A stretch of 64,000 bases of DNA from the human T2T-CHM13v2.0 reference genome, Homo sapiens. Made by a program: the position numbers and the translations under genes. The stretch is from the NCBI RefSeq assembly GCF_009914755.1, contig NC_060930.1; one strand, 5' to 3'. A model generated the notes under the pieces. The model was given only the letters and a program-made list of their open reading frames with translations, made no database searches and had not been told where the DNA came from. This document shows, piece after piece, positions 13,006 to 26,181 of this stretch. The number at the start of each line of letters is the position of its first letter. The first letter of the stretch is position 1.

Positions 13006-14859
13006 TGCATACTGATGAGCAAATCATACTGTTTGCTAAACATTATTATTTTTAAGAAGCTATAATACAAGCAGTTAAAGAGACTGGCTTTTATTTTATC
13101 AACTGTATAATTATCACTAGGTTGTCACTGTTTGAGGTGGAATTAGTGGTGCCCCACTCTCACTACTTATCGCATAGGATGTGTTATTGCAGACCCCAAA
13201 CAGCTTTTTTGCCTTAGCACTCCCCTTAGCTGAATTAAGTTCTGATGACAGGCTCGTTCTGGCCTCACCCTCACTCTTCACCCCAGGGCAGCTGTTGCAG
13301 GTGTTTAGCCGTTCTGGAACATGGTGTTGCTATGTGCTGGCAATAGCAGCAGCCATGGGGGAAAATGCATCTATTGCTAATCTAGCAGCAGTAACTAGTA
13401 TCCTTTGCATGATGAGGAATCCAGGGCCAAGTACTTAGATGAGTAATCTAACCTGGGGGCCTCTGGCTGGTTGTGGTGGTGGTATGTGCACTTGCTTTTA
13501 TGTCTCCCTAGGGTAAAGGCATCAGGAAAGCCCTGGCCTTCCTTTTGATCTGGATTGGCCAGTCAAGGAGTCCTAAAATTAAGCAGTAAAAGAAATGCCC
13601 CTATATTGTCAACCTGAGTTGAAGTAGCAGGACCTATTCTTCCATAATAATATATAGGATATTAAGAGAAAGGGTAATAGCAGATGCTACATGAATATCT
13701 GCCACAAGCTGGTTTTTGTGTCAGATACTTTACAGATATTACCTCTAGTGCTCATTACAACCTTGAAACCTAAGTACTACCATCACTAGGTGAAGAAAGT
13801 AGGATTCTCGTGCTAGAGACACCCAGAGAGCCTCCGAATGGTGTTTCCAGATTATTGGCTTTGTGAAACTGTTCTTGCTTTTATTGTGTAATTGATTTTT
13901 ACCAAAAAAGGGAAACTTTGAAGGAGGAGCAATTGTAATGGATGTTTATTGTTTTTGCCTTTGCTTCTGGAAGTATAGTACCATTGTTATAATTGTCTGA
14001 AAGTCAGAGTGCAAGCTACCTGATTTGCTCTGGGGATATTAAACAAATAAGCTGCAAAGAAAATCTGGTTTCTTTTTCCCCTCATATTAAATTATGGTAT
14101 CTATATTTTATGCTTCTATATAAATGTATAACAAGCAAAAAAATTATTTTTCACTCCCCTGTTCCCACTTATTCTAGTTATTATGTGCAAAAATATATTG
14201 TACTAAAAGGGTTTTGACTTTTACTAAGTTTCAATTTTTTTTTCTAAATAGAAGGAAATTGGTAAATAGAAGAAAAACTTGGAATTGGAAGACACTGTTT
14301 AGAGTAAAATGCATGTACGGAGTTAAATATTAACATTATTAAAACAGCACTGATAAGTAGCCAGATGATAAAATTGAAGACAGATTGATGTGTTTTGAAA
14401 TGGAAAGCTATTCCACAGATAGCATCAAACTAAGCAACTTTAAAGTATATGAAACTCACAAATGCTGAAATACTATAGTAAAATTACATTTGGGAATTCA
14501 AAATAAATGCTTTGGCAGATATCTAAACTCCAAAAGTTACAATTATAACATATAAAGAACAAATGTGGGCTTTACTATGTTCTTAATACACAATAAATGA
14601 AATTATTTCTAATATGAGTTGTATAATGCTATAAAATGTACTTTTCCTATGGGTTGGAAAATGTAGTTAGCATTGTACACACGTAAATATTATTTGCTAC
14701 AAAGGAGAAGATTTTAGAGCAAAGTTGCTGAGACTTTTTGTGGAGTTACGTTACATCAGCTAAAATCAAATCTCCTTTCATCTGCTGCTGCAAAGACCCA
14801 CGTAGCAGAAACTACATTCAAATAAATATTTTTGGCCTCCTTTCCCTTCAAAAAAGGGC

Positions 14860-15050
14860 TTCAGTGTCTGACCTGATTTTGAATCCTTGCATTTTCCATC
14901 TGCATCATCAGTGATAAATAACTCAATCAGTCCAAACCTCAATTGTTTAAAATGAAAAATGGGTATACTATGCTTATTATATTGTCATGAATATTAAGTT
15001 CAATAACTTCAATAAAATTCCGAACAGTTGAAATGTGACAATATTAGTTT
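14860..15050 (+). mobile_element. MIR SINE
   Basis: gacctgattttgaatcctt...aaacctcaattgtttaaaatgaaaaatggg. Confidence 0.55.
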
Positions 15051-15688
15051 CTCTCTTTTTTTTGATTACTTCACTTATGAAAGTAAATGGAAATGGAAGT
15101 TAGCTAATCTAAACTTATCTTCTTATGGTTCTGGTTATGAAAAAATTCTAGAATAATTTACAATATTCAGCAAGATTGGACCATCTGCTATTTTAAAGCT
15201 TTTCTAGAATGTTTCCTTTAAAACATAATATTTAGAGACACTTAATGTCCTTGCCAATTAATTGTATAGAAGATTTGTATCTGTATAAAAATGCCTTGTA
15301 TTTTTAACTCTTTCTTTAATCAATCATGTATTTGTGGCTTGTTCCCTAACTAGATAACAAACTACTTGAGGTCAGGGATTACTTCTAGTATCCTTCTATA
15401 ACACCACATTTAGCGCCTAGTTTGTGAGCAAATTCATTAATCATTTCTTCTAGGAAAATAGAAATAAAAATGTGTGAGTTGGACACACGTTTTAAAATTC
15501 TATTTTCTAAAGAAAATCTTGGAATATTTACTTCCATTCAGTAAATCTCACTGCCCATAAAATTAACTACAAATTGTTTGTCAAGGCTCATATCCAGAAG
15601 GGTGCTTCACAGGATTTTTTTTTTTTATGGTTTTAGGTCTTACATTTAAGTCTTTAATCCATCTTGCATTAATTTTAGTATATGATGA

Positions 15689-16365
15689 TGTTATAGTGGG
15701 TAGCTAGTCAGGTACGAGCAGGACAGGAGAGGGCTCCCCGTACACACACACCAGGACAGTTGGGCAACCATCAGGTGATGGTCAGGTGGTTGTTAACTGG
15801 TTCTCTAAAGTAATAATTGGTCACAGCTGGCGCCAGGGAACAACCGTCTCCTACTAGATAGAAAACACCTGAAACTGATCAACAGCTTCCCAGTAAGATC
15901 TCAGGAGTGGGAAGAGGTAATGCAAGATCCCGGATGTATGCCAACCTATAAAACCCCAAGTCAAGAGGTCAAGCTCGGCACTTAGTTTCTCAAGTCACTG
16001 GCTTGGGCCTCTTCCAAGTTGTTCTTTCCTTTTCTTTTCTTTTCTTTTCTTTTCTTTTCTTTTCTTTTCTTTTCTTTTCTTTTCTTTTCTCTTTTCTCTT
16101 TTCTTTTCTTTTCCTTTTCTTTTCTTTTCTTTTCTTTTTTCTTTTCTTTCCTTTCCTTTCCTTCCCTTTCCTTCCCTTCTTTACTGTTCTAAAGCTTTTT
16201 AATAAACTTTCATACCTGATCTGAAACTTCCCTCGGCCTCTTTTTCTGCTTTATGACCCTCAGTCGAATTCTCTCTTCAGAGGAGGTGAAGAGCTGAAGT
16301 TGTGTGGACCTGTACAGATACAGTGCTCGCAACTCGAGGGAACTTGGATCTCTGCCACCCTAACA
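15689..16365 (+). mobile_element. Solo LTR, MER50-like (ERV1)
   Basis: TG...CA termini (tgttatagtgggtagctagtcag ... ccctaaca), 4-bp TSD ATGA at 15685-15688 and 16366-16369, internal tataaaa and aataaa. Confidence 0.85.
16024..16182 (+). repeat. (CTTTT)n pentanucleotide and TC-rich tract inside the LTR
   Basis: About 12 perfect CTTTT units at 16029-16089, then degenerate units. Confidence 0.95.
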
Positions 16366-17288
16366 ATGATAGGTAGGTGTCCAGTTTCATTTTCTGCATA
16401 TGATTAGCCAGCTATCCCAGCAGCATTTATTGAATAGGAAGTACTTTCTTATTGCTCATTTTTGTCACCCTTGATGAAGATTGGTTGGTTGTAGGTGTGC
16501 GGCTTTATGTCTGGCTTCTCTATTCTGTTATCTTGATCTATGTGTCTGTTTTTGAACCAGTACCATGCTGTTTTGGTTACTGTCATGCTCCATTCTTCAG
16601 TGCCATTGAATAATTATGCAGAGTGTTCCTTTTCAAGAAATATTCTATCTCATTGCTACCTGTCAAAATCCTACCTCATTCTTCCAAGCACATCCCAAAT
16701 TTGGATATTGGCTTTTCTGTTTTTCTCTCTCCTCCAAAAACTCATTGCATTTTGACTTTATTAAAGAGCTTTTAGATCACACAGACCTATACTGGACCTT
16801 AGAGATAACTATTATACAACTATCATAGTCGAATTAACATACAGAAAACAACATTCTATTTTGCCACTCATCTGACCAATTATGGATAATTCTATCAGAA
16901 TGAGATTTTTGCAAGGCTGTACCTGAATCCTTTTTCACCTCTTGAAGACTGGATAAGTGCATCTGCAGAAACCTCTGTCGTAATACTCATCAGATGACAT
17001 TGAACCTCCTTGCTGGTTTCCCAGTGCTTTCACTAGTTCAGAATCTCCTGATGTCTTTTATTGCTGTACACACATAGCTTTGCACGGGCCTGACAAATTG
17101 AAGACATTCAATAAATGACTGTGGAATGAAGGAATGCATCATCCGACTGTTGAGTCACTGTCAAAGTCAATTTTTCATGAATCTTAGTGTCATAAATAGA
17201 ATTAAGAAATATCTCATGCTAGATTTGAGCGTACTTCCTAAAACTACAAAATTTTCTTGTTTTGTTGCTGTGCTTCATTTCCTTTCAA

Positions 17289-18010
17289 AATGAGATGCCA
17301 TCTTACACCAGTCAGAATGGCTGTTATTAAAAAGTAAAAAAAAAACTATCATGCTAGCAAGGTTGTGGAGAAAAGGGAATGCTGTGCACTGTAGTGGGAA
17401 TGTAAATTAGTTCAGCCATTGTGGAAAGAAGTTTGGTGATTTCTCAAAGAACTTAAAAACAGAATTACCATTTGACCTAGTAATCCCATTACTGGGCATA
17501 AACCCAAAGGAATATTAATTGTTCTACCATAAAGACTTATCCACACATATGTTTGTTGCAGCACTATTCATAATAGCAAAGATATGGAATCAACTAAATG
17601 CCTATCAGTGGTACAAAGAATAAAGAAAATGTGATACATATACACCATGGAATACTATGCAGGCATAAAAATCAATGAGATTATGTCCTTTGCAGCAATG
17701 TGGATGAAGCTGGAGGTCATTATCCTAAGCCAACTAATGCAGGAACAGAAAACCAAATACTGCATGTTCTCACTTACAAGTGGAAACTAAACATTGAGTA
17801 CATATGCACTCAAAGAAGGGAACAACAGACACTGGGGCATACTCGGTGGAGTGTTGGGGGAGGGAGAAGATCAAAAAAACTACCTATGGGATACTGTGCT
17901 TATTACCTGGGCGATGAAATAAGTTGTACATTAAACCCTTGCAACACATAATTTACCTATATAGCGAACCTGTACATGTAACTCTGAACCTAAAATAAAA
18001 GTTAAAAAAA
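17289..18010 (+). mobile_element. 5'-truncated L1 3' end (L1PA13-16-like)
   Basis: ORF2 C-terminal region (atgagatgccatcttacaccagtcagaatgg) and a 3'UTR ending ctgaacctaaaataaaagttaaaaaaa. Confidence 0.9.
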
Positions 18011-18272
18011 GTAAATACAAAGGAAATGTAACTGATTACCCCAAAAGCTATATGTCCTCTGTTAGTAATTTTTTTCTTTATTCAAAACAAACAAACAAAC
18101 ATAAAAACGGGATACATGTGCAGAACGTGTAGGTTTATTTCATAGGTATACATGTGCCATGGTGGTTTGCTGCACCTATAGACCCATCCTGTAAGATCCC
18201 CCCATAACCCCCACCCCACAACAAGCCCTGGTGTGTGATGTTCCCCACCCTGTGTCCACGTGTTCTCATTGT

Positions 18273-21200
18273 TCAACTCCCACTTATGAGTAAGAACATG
18301 TGGTGTTTGATTTTCTGTTCTTGTGTTTGTTTGCTGAGAATTATGGTTCCCAGCTTCATCCATGTCCCTGCAAAGGACATGAAGCCATCCTTTTTTATGG
18401 CTGCATAGTATTCCATGGTGTATATGTGCCACATTTTCTTTACCCAGTCTATCATTGATGGACATTTGGGTTGGTTCCAAGTCTTTGCTATTGTGAACAG
18501 TGCCACAATAAACGTATGTGTGCATGTGTCTTTATAGTAGAATGATTTGTAATCCTTTGGATAGATACCCACTAATGGGATTGCTGGGTCAAATGGTATT
18601 TATAGTTCTAGATCCTTGAGGAATCACCACACTGTCTTCCACAATGTTTGAACTAATTTATACTCCCACCAAAAGTGTGAAAGTGTTCCTATTTCTCCAC
18701 ATCCTCTCCAGCATCTGTTGTTTCCTGACTTTTTAGTGATCACCATTCTAACTGGTGTGAGATGGTATCTCACAGTGGTTTTGATTTGCATTTCTCTAAT
18801 GACCAGTGATGATGAGCATTTTTTCATATGTTTGTTGGCTGCATACATGTCTTCTTTTGAGAAGTGTCTGTTCATATCCTTCACCCACTTTTTGATGGGG
18901 TTGTTTTTTTCTTCTAAATTTGTTTAAGTTCTTTGTAGATTCTGGATATTAGCCATTTGTCAGATGGATAGATTGCAAAAGTTTTCTCCCATTCTGTAGG
19001 TTTCCTGTTTACTCTGAAGACAGTTTATTTTGCTGTGCAGAAGCTCTTTAGTTTAATGAGATCCCATTTGTGTATTTTGGCTTTTGTTGCAATTCATTTT
19101 GGTGTTTAGTCATGAAGTCTTTGCCCATGCCTATGTCCTGAATGGTATTGCCTGGGTTTTCTTCTAGGGTTTTTATGGTTTTAGGTCTTACATTTAAGTC
19201 TTTAATCAAACTTGAGTTAATTTTTGTATAAGGTGTAAGGAAGGGATCCAGTTTCAGCTTTCTGCATATGGCTGGCCAGTTTTCCCCACACCATTTATTA
19301 AATAGGGACTCCTTTCCCCATTGCTTGTTTTTTTCAGGTTTGTCAAAGATCAGGTGGTTGTAGATGTGTGTGTTATTTCTGAGGCCTCTGTTCTGTTCCA
19401 TTGGTCTATATATCTGTTTTGGTATGAGTACCATGCTGTTTTTGTTACTGTAGACTTGTAGTATAGTTTGAAGTCAGGTAGCGTGAGTCTTCCAGCTTTG
19501 TTCTTTTTGATTAGGATTGTCTTGGCTATGTGGGCTCTTTTTTGGTTCCATTTGAAATTTAAAGTAGTTTTTTCCAATTCTTTGAAGAAAGTTAATGGTA
19601 GCTTGTTGGGTATAGCATTGAATCTATACATTACTTTGGGTAGTATAGCCATTTTGACGATATTAATTCTTCCTATCCATGAGCAGGGAATGTTTTTCCA
19701 TTTGTTTGTGTCCACTCTTATTTCCTTGAGCAGTGGTTTATAGTTCTCCATGAAGAGGTCCTTCATATCCCTTGTAACTTGTATTCCTAGGTATTTTATT
19801 CTCTTTGTAGCAATTGTGAATGGGAGCTCACTCATGACTTGGCTCTCGGTTTGTCTGTTATTGGTGTATAGGAATGCTTGTGATTTTTGCACATTGATTT
19901 TGTATCCTGAGATTTTGGTGAAGTTGCTTATCAGCTTAAGGAGACTTGGCTGAGATGATGGGGTTTTCTAAATATACAATCATGTCATTGGCAAACCGGG
20001 ACAATTTGACTTCCTCTTTTCCTAATTGAATACCCTTTATTTCTTTCTTCTGCCTAATTGCCCTGGCCAGAACTTCCAATACTATGTTGAATAAGAGTGG
20101 TGAGAGAGGGCATCCTTGTCTTGTGCTTGTTTTCAAAGGGAATCCTTTCAGTTTTTGCCCATTCAGTATGATATTGGCTGTGGGTTTTTCATAAATAGCT
20201 CTTATTATTTTAAGATACGTTCCATCAATACCTAGATTATTGAGAATTTTTAGCATGAAGTGATGTTGAATTTTGTTGAAGGCCTTTTCTGCATCTATTG
20301 AGATAATCATGTGGTTTTTGTCATTGGTTCTATTTATGTGATGGATTGTGTTTATTGATTTGCATATGTTGAACAAGACTTGCATCCCATGGATGAAGCT
20401 GACTTGATTGTGGTGGATAAGCTTTTTGATGTGCTGCTGGATTTGGTTTGCCAGTGTTTTATTGAGGATTTTCACATAAATGTTCATCAGGGATACTGGC
20501 CTGAAATTTTCTTTTTGTGTGTCTCTGCCAGGTTTTGGTGTCACGATGATGCTAAACTCATAAAAAGAGTTAGGGAGGATTCCCTCTTTTTCTATTGTTT
20601 GGAATAGTTTCAAAAGGAATGGTACCAGCTCCTCTTTGTACCTCTGGTAGAGTTCAGCTGTGAATCCATCTGGTCCTGGACTTTTTTTGGTTGGTCAGCT
20701 ATTAATTACTACCTCAATTTCTGAACTTGTTATTGGTCTATTCAGGGATTCGACTTCTTCCTGCTTTAGTCTTGGGAGGGTGTATGTGTCCAGGAATTTC
20801 TCCATTTCTTCAAGATTTCCTAGTTTATTTGTGTAGAGGTGTTTATAATATTCTCTGTTGGTAGTTTGTACTTTGGTGGGATTGGTGGTGATATCCGTTT
20901 TATCATTTTTTATTGCATCTATTTGAGTCTTCTCTCTCTTCTTCTTTATTAATCTGGCTAGTGGTCTATTTATTTTGTTGATCTTTTCATTGGTATCATT
21001 GATTTTTTTTTTGAAGGGTTTTTCATGTCTCTATCTCCTGAAGTTTTGCTCTGATCTTAGTTATTTCTTGTCTTCTGCTAGCTTTTGAATTTGTTAGCTC
21101 TTTCTTCTCTAGTTCTTTTAATTGTGATGTTAGGCTGTGGATTTTAGATCTTTCCTGCTTTCTCTTGTGGGCATTTAATGCTACAAATTTCCCTCTACAC

Positions 21201-22091
21201 AGTGCTTTAAATGTGTCCCAAAGATGCTGGTGTGTTGTGTCTTTGTTCTCATTGGTTTCAAAGAACATCCTTATTTCTGCCTTACTTTCATTATTTACCC
21301 AGTAACCATTCAGGAGCAAGTTGTTCAGTTTCCATGTAGTTGTGCGGTTTTGAGTGCGTTTCTTATTCCTGAGTTCTAATTTGATTGCACTGCAGTCTGA
21401 GAGACAGTTTTTTATGATTTCTGTTCTTTTGCATTTGCTGAATAGTGTTTTACTTCCAATTATGTGGTCAATTTTATGATGAGTGAGATGTGGTACTGAG
21501 AAGAATGTATATTCTTTTGATTTGGGGTGGAGAGTTCTGCAGATGTCTATTAGGTCTGCTTGGTCCAGAGCTGAGTTCAAGTCCTGGATATCCTTGTGAA
21601 TTTTCTGTCTTGTCGATCTGTCTAATATTGATAGTGGGTTGTTAAAATCTCTCACTATTATTGTGTGGGAGTCTAAGTCTCTTTGTAGGCCTCTAAGAAC
21701 TTGCTTTATGAATCTGGGTGCTCCTGTATGGGGTGCATATATATTTAGGATAGTTAGCTCTTCTTGTTGCATTGATCCCTTTACCATTATGTAGTGCCCT
21801 TCTTTGTCTCTTTTGATCTTTGCTGGTTTAAAGTCTGTTTTATCAGAGACTAGGATTGCAAACCCTGGTTTTTTTTTTTTTTTTTTGCTTTCCATTTCCT
21901 TGGTAAATCTTCCTCCATCCCTATATTTTGAGCCTACATGTGTCTTTGCATATGAGATGGGTCTCCTGAATGCAGCACACTGACGGGTCTTGACCCTTCA
22001 TCCAATTTGTCAGTCTGTGTCTTTTAATTGGGGTATTTAGCCCACTTACATTTAAGGTTAACATTGTTATGTGGAAATTAGATCCTATCAT
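18273..22091 (-). pseudogene. Disrupted L1 ORF2 (endonuclease / reverse transcriptase) of the L1PA8 copy
   Basis: ORF fragments contain EN motifs (LNIYAP, KIDH) and RT motifs ([11 protein letters not shown]; FADD mutated to FAND); several frameshifts and stops. Confidence 0.93.
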
Positions 22092-22154
22092 TATGATGCC
22101 AGCTGGTTATTTTGCTCTTTAGTTGATGCAGTTTCTCGATAGCATCGATGGTCT

Positions 22155-23160
22155 TTACAATTTGGTATGTTTTTGCAGTGGCTGGTACTAGTTTTTCTTT
22201 CCATGTTTAGTGCTTCCTTCAGGAGCTCTTGTAAGGCAGGCCTGGTGGTGACAAAAATCTCTCAGCATTTGGTTGTCTGTAAAGGATTTTATTTCTCCTT
22301 TGCTTATGAAGCTTAGTTTGGCTGGATATGAAATTCTGGGTTGAAAATTCTTTTCTTTAAGAATTTTGAATATTGGCCCCCACTCTCTTCTGGCTTGTAG
22401 AGTTTCTGCCAAAAGATCCACTGTTAATCTGATGTTCTTTCCTTTGTGGGTAACCCGACCTTTCTCTCTGGCTGCCCTTAACATTTTTTCCTTCATTTCA
22501 ACCTTGTTGAATCTGATGATTATGTGTCTTGGGATTGCTTTTCTCGAGGAATATCTTTGTGATGTTCTCTGTATTTCCTGAATTTGAAAGTTGTCCTGCC
22601 TTGCTAGCTTGCAGAAGTTTTCCTGGATAATATCCTGCAGAGTGTTTTCCAACTTGGTTCCATTCTCCCTGTGACTTTCAGGTACACCAATCAAACATAG
22701 ATTTGGTCTTTTCACATAGTCCCATATTTCTTAGAGGCTTTGTTCATTTCTTTTCACTCTTTTTTCTCTAAGCTTGTCTTCTTGCTTTATTTCATTGACT
22801 TGATCTTCAATCTCTGATATCCTTTCTTCTGCTAGATCGATTCGGCTATTGATACTTGTGTATGCTTCACAAAGTTCTCGTTCCGTGTTTTTGAGCTCCA
22901 TTAGGTCATTTGTCTTCTTCTCTAAAATGGTTATTCTAGTCAGCAACCCATCTAACCTTTTTTCAAGGTTCTTAGCTTCCTTGCATTGGGTTAGAACATC
23001 CTCCTTTAACTCAGAGGAGTTTGTTATTACTCACCTTCTGCAGCCTACTTCTGTCAATTCATCAAACTCATTTTCTGTCCAGTTTTATTCCCTTGCTGGT
23101 GAGTAGTTGTGATCCTCTGGAGGAGAAGAGGCATTCTGGTTTTTGGAATTTTCAGACTTT
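22155..23160 (-). pseudogene. Disrupted L1 ORF1 of the L1PA8 copy
   Basis: Peptides KRPNLCLIGVPE, LQARREWGPIF, NFQPRISYPAKLSF and a coiled-coil fragment. Confidence 0.92.
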
Positions 23161-23829
23161 AAATTAGACTTTGCACTACATACAGTTTTTGATTGCTTAA
23201 AAAGGGCTTCACTTTACATTTCTGTGTAATATTTTATTAATGTGAATAATATTCTTTCAGGGACAATCATTATAGCAAGTTTAATGTTATGTAATAAGTG
23301 TGTTTCTGTATTAAAATACTTTTACAAATAAAATCGTTTTATTGCAAGTGAGTTCTCTTTAATTATGGGAAGTAAAATATATATTATATTGCAATATTAA
23401 TAATTAAAACTTTATCTGTAGAGAAAATTTTTGGGTTTCATTGATATAATTTGTTCTAGAAGGAGATCTTGATTGTTATAAAATTACATTCTATGTTAAG
23501 ATTTTAATTTGCTTGCAATTAATTACAAGAAGTTGTCATTTATTATGTATAAAGAATATTTATACAATAAACTCAATTTTAAAGGCTGAATTTTTTATAT
23601 TATATCGTATTACTGATAGGTTAATTCTGTCTTCTAGTAAATTCTGTTTACTACTTGTTACTATTGCAACTTCTTGCTTTCTCCTCCCAGTACCCACACC
23701 TTCCAGAGGTGTGGTCTGAAATGAAAAGGTATAAATTGTGAATTTCATCATAGACAGTCCATCAAAATTTGTCAAAGAATATAGCTATTGTCATTGTGTC
23801 ACATAGTTGTCATGGAAACTAGAAGTTAA

Positions 23830-25630
23830 AGAAAAAGACATGGTCCCTGCTTTTGGGGGTAATATATAAAAATATATGGTATCTCAGGTGGTGAAAAATA
23901 AGTGCCACAGTGAAATAGAAAGCAAGATGAAAGGTGTAAAGAATGCTGGTGTGGTTGAGAATTGATATTTGTATAGGGAGGTTAAAAAAGCCTCACTGAA
24001 AGGTGACATTTGAGTAGAAACCTTAAAGAAATTAAGGCACAAGCCATGTAGGTATCTGGGGAAAATAATTCCATGCTAAGGAATCAGCAAGTGCAAATGG
24101 CTTGATGCAGGAGCCTGCTTGGAATGTTCCTGTTCAAGGATTCAGAATAAGGCTATATAGCCTGAGTCGAGCATGTGTGAGAGAGGGAGATGAGGTCAGA
24201 GAAGGGTACAGGTGCACTATGTGTGGAGCATGAGGCTCTTGTTAGCTTATATAATGGCTAACTCTTCATATCAGTGAGATTTGAAGTCAGTGTGGAACTT
24301 TGAAGAAGAGAAGTGTCATGATCTGACTTACATTTTAATTGGATTACTCTGGCTGCTCCTTTCAGAACAGATTGCTGGGGAGAAAAGTTAGAAATAGGGA
24401 AAGCAATTAGGAAAGTCTTTTAGTAATACAGGTGAGTGGGAGATAATGACAGCTTAGATTGGGGTGGTGAAGTAGTAGTGGTGAGAAAAAGCTCTGCATG
24501 TCTTTTGAAGGTAGAACCAAGAAGATTTTCCAAACATAGGATAAGAGTAAGAAAAATCAGACTCCTCTTTGGCCCAAGCAGTTGGAAGAATGGGCTTCTC
24601 ATTTACTGAGATGAAGATTGTGAAGCAAGGAATGCTTATTTTTCTGTTTGGAGGATGATGAGAACTAGGAATTCATTTTTAGACATGTGTTAAGTTTGAG
24701 ATTCAATTAGATTTCCAGTTGAGAATGCCAAGCAGGCAGTTAAATGTATGAACTTGAAGTTCAGAGGGGAGTTCTGAGCTAGAAACATAAATTTGAAAAA
24801 TACCAGTACGTGGATGAATTTAAAGTCATGAGACCAGGACATACTACTTAGATAGGGGAGAAATAAGGGAATAAGGATTTAGACATGGCTCTCCGACATT
24901 TAGAGGGCAGATGAGGAGTAACTAAGGAGGTTGAGAGCCAGCAGGTGTCATTCTAGAAATCAAGTAAAAAAAAAAAGGCATTTCAAAAAGGAAATGCTAA
25001 TGAAGGTTGTCAAATACTACTGAGTAAGACAAGGACTGAAATTTGACTATTGCTAATAGGAATACAAGTTCATTTTTTTGCTTTGATGAGAGCTATTTCT
25101 GTACAGTGGTAAGAATTATTAGAGTAAATTTAAAAGTGGGTGGATAAAATGGATTAGGAGTGTGCAAAATAAGTAACTCTTCTGAGCACTCCCATAAAGG
25201 AAAGTGGAAAAATGAGGCATTAAATGGACCTTTTAGTGGGAATTATTTTATGTTTGATTGATGATGGGTATGATTCCACAGAGAGGAAAAATTTGATGAG
25301 TCTGTAGTGAAAGGAGACAATTATTGGAATCATGTAATTGAGTGGGCAGGAAGTGATGGGTTGTAGCTACATGAAGGAAGAACCAGAAGGTTTGTCTTAG
25401 AGTTTTGGAGAGATCATCCAGAATAACAGATTGAAGCCTGAGTGTGTGGGCAGGGAGCCTGATCAGTTGGCAGATATGGCAGTGGAAATTATGGTGGTAG
25501 GAAACAAAATCATCAGCACAAAATAAGACCTGGGGGGGAAATGGTGGAGTTTGAGGAGGGAGGGAAAACTCTGTCACCTAACAGCAAGTGAGATGGAATA
25601 GACTAGGGAAATGAATTTGGATTTCTAGGA
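23830..25630 (-). mobile_element. Long L2 (L2a-like) relic
   Basis: aagacatggtccctgc, cctcactgaaaggtgacatttgag, catgatctgacttacattttaa, gcatgtcttttgaaggtagaacc. Confidence 0.8.
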
Positions 25631-25651
25631 ACAAGCAAGTGCCTGTTTGTT

Positions 25652-26075
25652 TGTGTCAGAAACAGCTATCTGTTCACCAAAATCCATGTTCTCCTCTTCT
25701 TCCAGGACACATAAACAGCACATCCAAAGCTCCCTTGCAATTAAGGGTGGCCTGATAACTAGAATGTAAGTGGAAGTGATGTGCTACACTTCCAGGTCTA
25801 GCCTCAGCACACCTTCCATGAGCACTCTTTCATTCTATTTTTCTCTCCAGCTAACCCCAGACCTATCTTAGAAGTCCACAGATTGAGGAGAGCAGAGCCT
25901 TTATCAATCTGGTACCCTAAATAAGTGCATGGAGAAAGGCTTGCTATGTTGACCTTTCCACCTACATGGTACAGTTACTGACCAAGAAATCAACTTCTGT
26001 ACTTGCATTGCTGTACTTTTTCAGTGGGAGGAAGGTGGAGTTCATATCCTAGAGCTGTTAGAGTTACTCCAACTA
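25652..26075 (+). mobile_element. MaLR solo LTR (MLT1I/J-like)
   Basis: ctcccttgcaattaagggtggcc...gaatgtaagtggaagtgatgtg...agaaatcaacttctg. Confidence 0.65.
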
Positions 26076-26181
26076 ATTGGTCTTTATTGTGTTTCATTCT
26101 TTCCTTGTATTTCCATGTTTTATTCACTTTTTTCTTAGTTTCTTATTTTCTTTAGATTTTTTAATTGACACAATAATTTCT

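Larger units (their letters stand above)
15571..16583 (-). mobile_element. Internal L1 ORF2 fragment (old L1PA/L1PB) interrupted by MER50
   Basis: ttttatggttttaggtcttacatttaagtctttaatccatct resumes after the LTR as ccagtttcattttctgcatatg and runs to gtaccatgctgttttggttactgt. Confidence 0.85.
18068..23160 (-). mobile_element. LINE-1, L1PA8-like, truncated at the start of ORF1 (no 5'UTR)
   Basis: Continuous ORF1, ORF2 and 3'UTR homology; 3' end tttctttatt...aaaaacgggatacatgtgcagaacg is typical of L1PA8. Confidence 0.95.

Noticed and set aside
16003-16224. Phe/Ser/Leu-rich membrane-like ORF
   Set aside because: It is a translation of the (CTTTT)n repeat
18273-23160. L1PA8 as an active retrotransposon
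   Set aside because: No 5'UTR promoter, multiple frameshifts and stops, and the catalytic FADD is mutated to FAND
18040-23190. TSD for the L1PA8
   Set aside because: No convincing direct repeat at the two ends; target-site deletion or decay cannot be distinguished from sequence alone
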